Positions 1-46,520 of a DNA stretch of 64,000 nt are shown here, one piece after another; position 1 is the first letter of the stretch, and each line of letters opens with the position of its first letter. The notes beneath the pieces were generated by a model, which was not told where the DNA came from, did not search any database, and saw nothing but the letters and a program-made list of their open reading frames with translations. Made by a program: the position numbers and the translations under genes. Source of the stretch: the human T2T-CHM13v2.0 reference genome, Homo sapiens; assembly GCF_009914755.1 (NCBI RefSeq), contig NC_060938.1; one strand, 5' to 3'.

Positions 1-150
1 GAGGAATGGTGTACAAAGCAAGGTCAAAATTATTTTCATAATACTAAGACATTATTTGACTTTTGTACTATGTTGACATTTGCACTGAAAACAATGGTAG
101 GTAAAACTCCCTGGTATGAATCAAGGCAGTGGCACCAGATGATACTAGTA
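1..150. mobile_element. hAT-Charlie (Charlie1-like) DNA transposon fragment; probably continues at about 1150-1400
   Basis: Resembles Charlie1 consensus as recalled (aggtcaaaattattttcataatactaagac...gcagtggcacca). Confidence 0.5.
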
Positions 151-169
151 GTTTCTGGACTCTCTATTT

Positions 170-1040
<871 letters not shown>

Positions 1041-1727
1041 AAAGGACTTGTATCTATCATCTGTCTCTATCATGAGTTTGACAGTATCCCAGTACTTAGT
1101 TTTCTGATGAGGGTCAGTATTGATATTAATGAATAAAGTTTTTTGATTATGTATAGTGAAATATGTCAATGACGAGAGATCTGCCTAACTCAGTGAACCA
1201 ATGTTTTGTGAATAGCTAGTGCGTGATGTTACAAGATCATTTACCAGTATAAGATTCATTTAAAATGCAAGATGGAATCACAGATTTTAATGTAACGAGT
1301 ATAAAAGTTTATATGGTTTCAGATTCTACATTGCAGCTAACCTTTACAAACTACCATGATTATAAAGAAGCCCTGAGACCAAGAAGTTGAAAACTGCTGT
1401 TCTTGATGGTGGGAGGAAGAGAAGACAAATTTATAAAATTATTTACTAAAACATATATGTTCCAAATAATGGGTCCATAGAGAGCTGGGAGTTTTTGCCA
1501 TGACATGTAGAAAATGGAGATGAATGTGGAGCAGCATCAGTGTACTGAAAGGATCTATGAGGAAGGGAAGTGGATTTATGTTTAAGACAGATTTTGCCTA
1601 TTTCAAAAGTTTGCCTAAGGGTAGGTTGATGCCTAGGAAAGGTATAAGAAAATGTATTTTCCTCTCTTCTCTACCTCATGGCTTTCCTTGAAATTCAAGT
1701 ATAATATAGATGATGTAATTTTTATGG

Positions 1728-2518
1728 ATGGCTTGGCAGACTTTCTCTCAAAGGTTTAGACTTTGTGGACCACGTGATTTCTATTGCAACTACTCAGCTC
1801 TGCTGTTGTGGCACAAAAGCAGTAAATGGGTCAGGCACAGTGGCTTATACCTGTAATCTCAGCACTTCAGGAGGCCAAGGCTGGAGGATTACTTGAGGCC
1901 AAGAGTTCAAAACCAGTCTGGGCAACATAGCAATACTCCATCTCTACAAACAAATACTAAAGTTAGCCAGACATCATGGCATATGCCTGTAGTTCCAGCT
2001 ACTCAGGAGGCTGAGTTGGTAGGATCGCTTGAGTCCAAGAGTTCGAGACTGCAGTAAGCCATGATTGATTGTACCAGTGCACTCTAGCCTGGGTAACAGA
2101 GTAAGACCCTGTCTCAAAAAAACAAAAAAAGTGGTAAATGAATGGGCATGACTGTATTAGATTGAAATTTTTTTCAATGTAATAACTAGAAATGTAATAA
2201 CTTTACAGCCTGTTGCCCAGGCCGGAGTACAGTGGCCTGATGATAGCTCATTGCAGTCTCAAACTCCTGGGCTCAAGCAATCTTACTGCCTCAGCCTCCT
2301 TGATTAGCTGGGACCACAGGTGCGTGCCACCACACCTGGCCAATTCTTTAAATTAGTAGAGACAAGATCTTGCTATGCTGCCCAAGCTGGTCTCAAACTC
2401 CTGGTCTCAATGAATCCTCCTCCTTTGTCCCCCCGCTGAAAGGGCCGGGATTATAGGCATGAGCCACCACACCCAGCCTCCATTGAAACTTTATTTGCAC
2501 ATAGTTTACCAACCCCTG
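1728..2518. mobile_element. MER58-like hAT MITE interrupted by two Alus (about 1828-2130 +, 2210-2478 -)
   Basis: gcaactactcagctctgc core; terminal ...ccaacccctg. Confidence 0.6.
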
Positions 2519-2541
2519 ATCTAGGACATTAACTATTATAG

Positions 2542-2959
<418 letters not shown>

Positions 2960-3140
2960 TGAACCTCAGTTTTCCACTGACTGATTTTAAAGTTGATTAT
3001 TATTTTTTACTAGCCCTCTAAATGTAGTAACTTTACAGTAAATATTTGGCATTGGAGAATTTACAGTTTGACCTGGAAAATCTTTCACATATAATCTGTA
3101 ATTTTGTTAAGTAAATATTTGTCAAATTGAATATGGACAT

Positions 3141-3448
3141 TAGCACTCTCGAGTATGGCATCCACTAGCCACATGTGGTTATTGAGCATTTGTAATGTGG
3201 CTAGTCCAAACTGAGATGTGTTTTACATGTAAAATACACACCAGGTTTTCGGACTTGGTATGGGAAAAGAAATGTAAAATATCTCATTAATTTTTTATAT
3301 AGATTACATATGAAAATGATAATTTTTTAGATGTATTGGGGTAGATACTAAAATTAGTATCACCTGCTTTTTAAATGTCAGTACTGGAAATTTTAAAATT
3401 CATGTGTAGCCTTCATATACATTTTTGTATTACATTTCTGTAGTGCTG
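3141..3448. mobile_element. MER33/MER3-like hAT MITE
   Basis: ccactagccacatgtgg...aatgtggctagt core; opposite orientation to the copy at 42086. Confidence 0.7.
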
Positions 3449-3823
3449 ATGTAGATTCCTCCTGTGGCTTAAATTTGGTTTCACATTTTATACTCCAGCT
3501 TGTTCTAAAAAATGCTGTGAGATCTTTACCTCTGAATTGGTTTGGAGTATAGACTTGATTATGACTTCTTAAATTTATGTTCTTAAATTTTACTCTGTCT
3601 TTACAAAGGGGAATAATTGTATTATAATAGCTTATGGTAGCTTTTACATGAAAATGTCCTTATTTATATAATTTAAAAGTTGTGGCAGCACAGTGGCTCA
3701 CGCCTGAAATCCCAGCACTTTGAGGCTGAGACAGAAGGATTGCTTGAACCCAGAAGTTGGAGACCAGCCTGGGCAACATGGCAAGACCCTGTCTCTACAA
3801 AAAAAAATTTTTTTAGTTAACTA

Positions 3824-3964
<141 letters not shown>

Positions 3965-4055
3965 TCAAAAAAGGAAAAAAAAGTTGTGGGGAAGGGGTTT
4001 TGAATTTATATGTATGTTAACCTGATTTTATTTTTAATTTATTTTTGGTATTTAG

Positions 4056-25904
<21,849 letters not shown>

Positions 25905-26320
25905 AGAAAATGCCTTAATATAAACTGACTCAGTTGAATACCTAATTTGCTGAGACCTCAGCGTTTCCCTTCTTTTTGCGAATTGGGGGGAAAGTGTATT
26001 TTTCTTGCTTATCATGCACTCTTTCCTTTTCTTCTCGCCCGCTTTTCCCCTCCTTTTCTTTTTCCTTCCTTCTTTCCTCCCTTTAATATAAGGGAGAAAT
26101 ACATGGTTTTTGTGGAAATCATTATATGTTTGCTTTAGATTTTCTTCTGTTTTCACCATCATAACACTTAAGTTAAATCATGATGTAAAATTTTAGTACT
26201 TAAAGGTTTTTAATTATCTCGAAGGCCAAGCATTGCATTTGTAAACAGTCCTGGTCAGTAGTTAAATAATGTTTCAATTAAAGTGCTGTAAAATAAACTT
26301 CAAAGTGGTTATAAGTTAAG
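25905..26320 (+). other. SRP54: SRP54 3'UTR (end approximate)
   Basis: Repeat-free sequence between the stop codon and the poly(A) signals. Confidence 0.8.
26277..26297 (+). terminator. SRP54: Polyadenylation signals ATTAAA (26277-26282) and AATAAA (26292-26297)
   Basis: Canonical hexamers followed by GT/T-rich sequence (ggggttgttaactttcttt). Confidence 0.8.
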
Positions 26321-26419
26321 GGGTTGTTAACTTTCTTTATGGTTAAACATTATCAGTTTATCACACTAAAAACTCAATGGAAAAGCCAGTAGATAAATGT
26401 CATTTAAAACTATGCCTGG

Positions 26420-30030
<3,611 letters not shown>

Positions 30031-30233
30031 CTAAGAGAACAACTAAAGGTCTAGGATACTTTGTTCAGCTTCCCTTTATGTTTCTTTTTCTGCTAAAATG
30101 AGGAAATTGAAAATGTTCTTTAAAATTCTGATTCCATTAGGTCCTCAAATTGGCATTTTAGTTAACAAAAGCTGTCCTTCAGTTCTCACAGTTTTCATTG
30201 AAGTGATGTTTCACAGCATAAATACTATATACC

Positions 30234-33347
<3,114 letters not shown>

Positions 33348-33639
33348 ATACCAAAATTAAATCCTTTAATAATTTGAACACATTTCCATTTGTTTTTCAC
33401 TAGTGTTAAAATTGACTCCATTTTTTTTATATACTCCCAACTTAGACCACTAGCTAGCTCTAATACTGTACAACATTGAATTCTTCCTGAATTTTATTAT
33501 AATGTTAAATATATGTAACCATAAAACTAGGTGTAGCTTCCCTAAGCTTACAGTACTCATGTAATTACAAGACAACAACAGATTGAGAAATTAAATATCA
33601 CAAACTACAAAATGAAGAAAGGGGAAATTAATGATTTTT

Positions 33640-34547
<908 letters not shown>

Positions 34548-35760
34548 GACAGAAATTAATGATTTAAATGTGATAGATGTCAGTGTTCTGAAAGTATCAT
34601 ATTTAATGGTATATAAGATACAAAGGTATGTATATGCCCAGTGCGTCACAATTTTCTGGAGAAATTTTTTAGAAAAAATTAAATTCTTTTTATCATGTAA
34701 TGTGTGTTATATAAACCATTATTTTGTTAAAGTAAATACAGTATGTTACAATGTGAGAGTAAGTCCTAAGTTCTAATATGCAGTAATAATGTACTAATAT
34801 TATTAGTAATGTGAAATATAGTACCACATAACTAAAAAGAAATATAATGTTATACATGAATACTGATAAACAGGTGGCAACAAAACCAGGAAATTTGCTG
34901 GAGCTAAAGCCCCATAATATGCATATTAATGTAACAGTAAAATTAATATGTTAGTATTTTAGTGAATTTAGGAAATCTAAACAGCAAATCATAATATAAA
35001 ATAAATTTGAATGAATTTATTTTACAGGTAGCTCTGGTACATATACACATACAAGCAAATATTTCAGTAAAAAATGGAACAAAGTATTGAAAATTAAAAT
35101 GTGAAGGAATTTCAACTTGATGCTTATGTAGAGTAAAATATTTTAGTATTTGAATACAGAGAGCAGCCAGAGAATTTGAATGAGGTCTAACAAAAACAAC
35201 CATGTCAGTGAGAATCATGGTTAAGTAACAATATAATTACTGATCCTCCTCAAGACTTACGAATAGTTATTGATAAATGAATAGCTATTGGTAAAGCCAA
35301 GTAAATGATCATATCCAAAACCAGAAGGCCATCATCACAGCTCAAGTCTACATGATTTGATCTCTTTATCATTGTCATTCTTTGGATTCACTAGATTAGT
35401 CATCATCCTCAAAATTCTGCCCCAAGTTCTAATTACGTTCCAAACATTTAGGGGTTACATGAAGCTTGAACCTACTACCTTCTTTGCTTTTGAGCCATGA
35501 GTTGTAGGAATGATGAGTTTACACCTTACATGCTGGGGATTAATTTAAACTTTACCTCTAAGTCAGTTGGGTAGCCTTTGGCTTATTTTTGTAGCTAATT
35601 TTGTAGTTAATGGATGCACTGTGAATCTTGCTATGATAGTTTTCCTCCACACTTTGCCACTAGGGGTAGGTAGGTACTCAGTTTTCAGTAATTGCTTACC
35701 TAAGACCCTAAGCCCTATTTCTCTTGTACTGGCCTTTATCTGTAATATGGGCATATTTAA

Positions 35761-36092
<332 letters not shown>

Positions 36093-36929
36093 ATTTTTGG
36101 AGTCTTTTAAAGTAAAAATATGTCTTGTAAGCTGGTAACTATGGTACATTTCCTTTTATTAATGTGGTGCTGACGGTCATATAGGTTCTTTTGAGTTTGG
36201 CATGCATATGCTACTTTTTGCAGTCCTTTCATTACATTTTTCTCTCTTCATTTGAAGAGCATGTTATATCTTTTAGCTTCACTTGGCTTAAAAGGTTCTC
36301 TCATTAGCCTAACACAGTGCATTGTTGGTACCACTTGGATCATAAGTGGAAAAACAGTCAAGAAATTGCACAGTAATACTTGTTTGTAAGAGGGATGATT
36401 CAGGTGAATCTGACACTAACAAACTCCCCTACCTGAGGTCTGAGATTCCTCTGACATTGCTGTATATAGGCTTTTCCTTTGCAGCCTGTGACTGCGGACT
36501 ATTTTTCTTAAGCAAGATATGCTAAAGTTTTGTGAGCCTTTTTCCAGAGAGAGGTCTCATATCTGCATCAAGTGAGAACATATAATGTCTGCATGTTTCC
36601 ATATTTCAGGAATGTTTGCTTGTGTTTTATGCTTTTATATAGAAAGGGAAACTTGTTCCTCAGTGACCCAAAAGAGGTGGGAATTGTTATTGGATATCAT
36701 CATTGGCCCACGCTTTCTGACCTTGGGAAATCAATTAAGGGGTTCATAATCTCAATTCTGTCAGAATTGGTACAAGAAATAGCTGCATGTTTCTTGACAT
36801 TCCACTTGGTAGGAAATAAGAATGTGAAACTCTTCAGTTGGTGTGTGTCCCTTGTTTTTTTGCAATTTCCTTCTTACTGTGTTAAAAAAAAGTATGATCT
36901 TGCTCTGAGAGGTGAGGCATTCTTAATCA

Positions 36930-39909
<2,980 letters not shown>

Positions 39910-41009
39910 TCATGCATTTATAAATATCCCACAAAGTTTTAGTAATAAAGATTGTTGATTGCCCTGCTTGCCAGTAAGAAGGAAGAGATTTTGAATACAT
40001 ATAATGCAGAACTGTGTTGTTTATGAATGCCAATTCATGAAGTCTTAACAATTGGTTCTTTATTTTTGTTTTCAATTTATGGCCGAGTTTGGTTTTGCTG
40101 TTTTGGACTGTCTCAACTCCCTGCTGATGCCACCATACAGAGTCAGATCAGGTACTAACTTGTTTACTTCAGCAGCAACCTAACTTGATTTTATTACCAG
40201 GATAGACAGCAATATGGATTTCCAACTAGTTTTTAAGGCGTAGATGGTTTTCAAATGATTATTTGTTTTTTAAAGTTTTTGGTTTTGTTTTTAGGTTCCA
40301 GTTATACATAGAATAGGAAGTGTACAATAACATTAGGCAGAGGGTAAGGAGAAGAACTTTGGCACAGAAGAGAAAGGAATATTTAATATTTGGGCCTGCT
40401 GTTGCTATGATGAAAAACATTTACAAGGTCATACAACTTTAGGGAGCATTTCTGAATTGAGACTAGTATGAAAATGGAATTTAAAGTATCAAATGAAGCC
40501 TCCCATAGCCAAAATAATGTATGTTTTGGTTTTGCCCCCTACATATTTGTGAAAACTTTCATGCTAAAACAACAATATACCATTTACCTGCAGAACCTCA
40601 GACTTGTTTGATGTTGAAGTCATGCAGTAATTGCATGATTTTTTACTTTCGTTGAACATTGCGAAAGACGGAAAAAATCTGGGACGCCCCCTCTAACATA
40701 CGCACACAACTTTAAGACACAGATAAAACATTCCTTACATTTGTCAAGATGGAAGCTTACTACTGCCCTTTGCTCTCCTTCAGGTCTTTTCACTTAACAC
40801 TTTCTACAGTTATACTTAAGTATTTCAGACAAGAGTAAGCAAATATCACGCCTGGGGTTCTTCTTTCGAGGGTATTTTGGCTGGACTGTCACCCACGTTT
40901 GGAATGGAAAGTGCAGCACGAGCCGTACATTTTACATTTTTCAGCAACCACATCCCATCACTAGCCTTTGAAGTACAACGACACAGCTGTCTTCATTTTA
41001 CAAGTGCAA

Positions 41010-41700
41010 AAACCGAGGTCCTGCGGGGTGACTGCCCCAGACGCCGCTGGTGACGGGCTGCGCCGAGGTCGAGACGCCAGGCTTCAGGTACACGTACCAG
41101 AAATGACGTCACAGGCGGTGCCAGGCGGGGATCCACGAGCTCTGGATGCTTGCTTGGCCGGAAGCGACGCCCCGCAAGGACCCGCCCCGCCCCGCCCCGC
41201 CCCGCGCGAGCCGGTAGTTGCGCCTCCCAGACTGCAGTTGGCCAGCTCTCGGGGTGCGGAGCCCGGCGGGCTAGGCGAGGCGCGGGCTGGCCCCGCCCCT
41301 CAGGCCGGCGAGTCCCCTTCTCAGAGACTTGGCTAGGCGCGGCGCGAGGCGGGCGCTGCGGGTGAGTCCCACTTCCCGACAGCCTGGCTCGGCCAGCGAC
41401 TGGGCGGGGAGACCAAGGATGGAAGTGGGCTTACCGGCCATTACCCTCTTTCTCACCAGCGCCAGCAGCCCTGTGGTGGCGACGACGATGGACCAGGAGC
41501 CAGTGGGCGGTGTGGAACGAGGAGAAGCCGTCGCAGCCTCGGGAGCTGCGGCCGCCGCGGCATTCGGGGAATCTGCAGGGCAGGTAGGTGGGGCCGCCGA
41601 GGCTGACGTCCGGGGAGCCGAGCCGCCTCCTTGCCTTCTCCGCGGGCCGCTCTTTTAGCCTGCGCGGCCGTCCTCCGAGCAGGCCGCCCCAGCTTTGGAG
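41010..41700 (+). promoter_or_regulatory. FAM177A1: CpG-island promoter of FAM177A1
   Basis: Dense non-Alu CpG; perfect CRE TGACGTCA at 41104-41111; ETS core CCGGAAG at 41158-41164; (CCCGC)5 GC-box array at 41181-41205. Confidence 0.92.
41419..41583 (+). CDS. FAM177A1: FAM177A1 first coding exon: long isoform MEVGLPAITLFL... from ATG 41419; short isoform MDQEPVGG... from in-frame ATG 41488
   Basis: Both ATGs are in strong Kozak context (A at -3, G at +4). Translation matches the FAM177A1 N-terminus ending ...FGESAGQ. CAG|gtaggt donor, phase 0. Confidence 0.93.
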
Positions 41701-42085
41701 TTCCTCCTCACTGCACCCCTGTTTCTGCTCACTGAGACCAGCTTGTGGGAAGGAGCGCCCCCCGCCTCACTCACCAACCCCTTGGCTGGCAGCACAGCAG
41801 ACTCTGGGGCGGCCTCGGGTTCCTGGGGTGATAGTCCAGCTTCTGGTCTACCAGAGGAAGAAGAAAGGCGTGTCCCCCAAAGGCTGTCCTTGCAGTAGCT
41901 GGAAGCCAGGTGAGGGCGGCTTCAACCACTTCTCAGTCTCTTCTGGTGCGAGCGCCTGCCTTGGCATCTGCCCTTTGCTTGGCATATGCCAAACGTTTAC
42001 CAGCTTTAATTCACTGGATCCTTACAGTAACCGCTCGAGGTGGGTGTTAGCCCCATTTCACCGCCGAGGCAACTAAGGCTCCGAG

Positions 42086-42406
42086 CTGCGCTGTCCAACA
42101 TAAATAGAATGCAAGCTGCATTGAAAATTGTAATTTAAAATTTTCCAGTAGGCACGTTTTAAAAAAGTGAAACCGATATTAATTTTAATAGCATATCTTA
42201 TTTAACCTAATTTATCAAAACAATTTCAACCTAAAATTACTATGAAAGTTATTAATGAAGTATTTGCATTCTCTTTTGGAGTCTTTTCTAAGTCTTTTAA
42301 ATCCTGGGTGCATTTTACACGCACAGCATATCGCAGTTCTGGCTGACCACATTTCAAGTGCGCATTAGCCACATGTGGCTAGTGGTTACTGTATTGGACA
42401 GCGCTG
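42086..42406. mobile_element. MER33 hAT MITE, apparently full length
   Basis: Terminal inverted repeats ctgcgctgtccaa / ttggacagcgctg; internal tagccacatgtggcta. Confidence 0.85.
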
Positions 42407-42411
42407 GTTTA

Positions 42412-42879
<468 letters not shown>

Positions 42880-43781
42880 TTATAGTATAAGATGTCGTTT
42901 GCATTAACAAAAGCTTATCCAGCCTGGGCAACAGAGCAAGAACCCATCTCTTAAATAAAAAACTAAAGAAACCCCAAAAACAAAAAACACAACTTTCCCA
43001 CATACCAAACTCTATATGGAATACGTTTTTTCCCTCCTACTTAAGAAGGGGATTCAGGGGACAACATGAATTGATAAGGAAGCCACGTCATTTTCAGTTG
43101 AGTTGAGACCTATTGTTGGCAAGTGCACTTACACTTAACCTTTGAGTCCATGGTGCTTGATATGTTTTTCAATTTGATTTTTCCTGTTGTTACTAGAATT
43201 GTTTTTTTAAAATCACTACCTCCGCCCTGGATCTAATAGCAAAGTAAACACACGTGTACTTATATACCAGCTAAATGTTGTTTGAAGTGAGAGGCTCTTT
43301 GATTGGGGTTAGTGATATTCTGTTGTTTTCACATTCTTGGTTAACAAATAACTACTTAAACAGTAAAGAAGGCTGTAGAACAAAAGATAAAAATTCACAG
43401 GAATACCCCACCACCACCCTTTCTTCATGTTCTCATTCCCCAAAGGTAACTATTAAGTTTTGGTGTAGTCTCTCTGGAATTTTATCATTCAATATTATAT
43501 ATTTCTTATATATTATATATATTATTAAATATTAAATATCTCTTCTTTCTTGTTAAACACCAATGAGTTCCATTTTCTGATTTGCCCTTTGTGCTTTCAG
43601 ATTCACATTCCTGAATCAGAAACATCTTTGGGAACTCCAGTTCTATGCCCAGGGGGTTGAGCACAGTAACAGGGAAGTGGACATCTCAGGAGATGGAGAG
43701 GCCTCTATCTTACACTTCTTCCCAAGTTTGGCAGAACTGAGAAATCCCTAGTGCAATGTAGGGAAAGGGAGTAAGAGATAG

Positions 43782-43970
<189 letters not shown>

Positions 43971-44512
43971 TAGGACTACAGGCGCACGCAACCACATCTG
44001 GCTAATTTTTGTATTTTTAGTAGAGGTGGGGTTTCACCATCTTGGTCAGGCTGGTCTTGAAGTCCTGACCTTGTGATCCACCTGCTGCCTTGGCCTCCCA
44101 AAGTGCTGGGATTACAGGTGTGAGCCACCGCACCCGGCCTCCTGTTGTGACATTCTATCCAGCAGCTTCTCTGAATAGACTTTTAACCAGAATCTCAGCC
44201 TCAATGTTTTTAAAGGAGTTAAAATTTCAGTACCACTCAGTGATTGATTTATTTGGTACCTCTGTTACCAAGCACTTACTATGTGCCAGGAACTCTAGGC
44301 TGAAAGATATAGCAGTACCTACCCCCATGTTGCTAATAGCCTAGTTGGGGAAGATGACAAAGAATAAATTCTAAGTCTAGTATGTGTTTTAAAGAAGTCT
44401 GGGTGCCATGGGAGTATATACAAAAAATTGCCATTAAAACCAGATCCTGAGCTGGGCAGAGTGGCTCACACCTATAATCCCAGCACTTTGGAAGGCTGAG
44501 GCCAGTGGATCA

Positions 44513-44785
<273 letters not shown>

Positions 44786-44958
44786 TTAACTATAAAATGG
44801 AGTAAAATGTTAATTGACATGGTACCTCATAATTTCCTGGTGTTATGAAACTATCTTTCAGATCTTTGGGGTTCGTTATGGAATTTGCATAATTGGCAGT
44901 GAAATTTTTCTTACTTGCAGATTTATAAAATGAAGCATTTGGAAAATTCACAGTGTAA

Positions 44959-45135
<177 letters not shown>

Positions 45136-45731
45136 TAGTAGAGGTGGGATTTCACCATGTTAGCCAGGGTGGTCTCACACCCTTGACCTCAAGTTGTCTG
45201 CCCGCCTCAGTCTCCCAAAGTGCTGGGGTTACAAGCATGAGCCACCATGCCCAGCCACAGTGTAAATTTTATTTGTAATTATTGGATTTCTGGTTCAAGT
45301 TGATGTTTGAAAAATAAAAAAAGAAAAATATTTTAAAAATATAATTATTGGGAATTTTGTATCAAATGATTTTCTGGTTGGTTTTACCTGTTAGTGCTTC
45401 CTTCATTGCCCCCCACCCCGCCTCCCAAATAGAGGTTGGAATCATTATCCCTCATCTGAAATACTCTAAAATCTGAAGCTTTTTGAGCACTGACATTCCT
45501 TCCTTTGCCTGTGTCATAGAAGGAAAAAATTAAGCCAATGAGAGATTGCTAGAGGTAGCAGTGAGAAGCCTCTACTGTCTTGGGGGTGGGATAGGGTGGG
45601 GCATGGTGGTATACTGTGAAGGATCTGAGCTCTCTATTCACTGACTGGAGCTGTTGCATTGACATTAGATCCATCCAGTTAGTAGGATGACTGGAGATCT
45701 AACTTAGCTCATCTGTCTTTCCTTTGCATAG

Positions 45732-45816
45732 GAAATTAAGGGATCCAAAAAGCTGAGTCATGGTCCAAAAGGAAACGTTGATGTCAGGACAGCCATAGCC
45801 AAATTTTATCTCAAGG
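45732..45816 (+). other. Candidate 85-nt frameshifting cassette exon in FAM177A1 intron 1
   Basis: CTAAC branch point at 45699-45703, pyrimidine tract, catag| acceptor, AAGG|gtaaac donor; open in phase 0. Confidence 0.5.
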
Positions 45817-46107
45817 GTAAACATGAGACTGGGTAGGGATGGCTGTCAGTGCCTGGGGATTGGTGGGGGTTGGGGGTAGGTAGAAGAAAAGTGTCCTGGG
45901 TTAACTACTTGTTTATTTTTTTCATGGACACAATAAATGACCTGATCTTTCCTTGTTAAGGGCTGGGATTTATTTGAACCCTCAGGACAGGCTAGAAAGA
46001 ATTGTGACTTTTTTTCATGTTAATACATAGGTAGCCTATGTTACCAAATTTTATTTTTTAAGATAGTTTATTATTTTTATTTTTTGAGATGGAGTCTCGC
46101 TCTGTGA

Positions 46108-46520
<413 letters not shown>

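Noticed and set aside
40968-42076. Long ORFs across the CpG island, including the TTG-start extension 41329..41658 and 41588..42076
   Set aside because: Stop-poor GC-rich DNA gives long ORFs by chance; only 41419-41583 matches FAM177A1.
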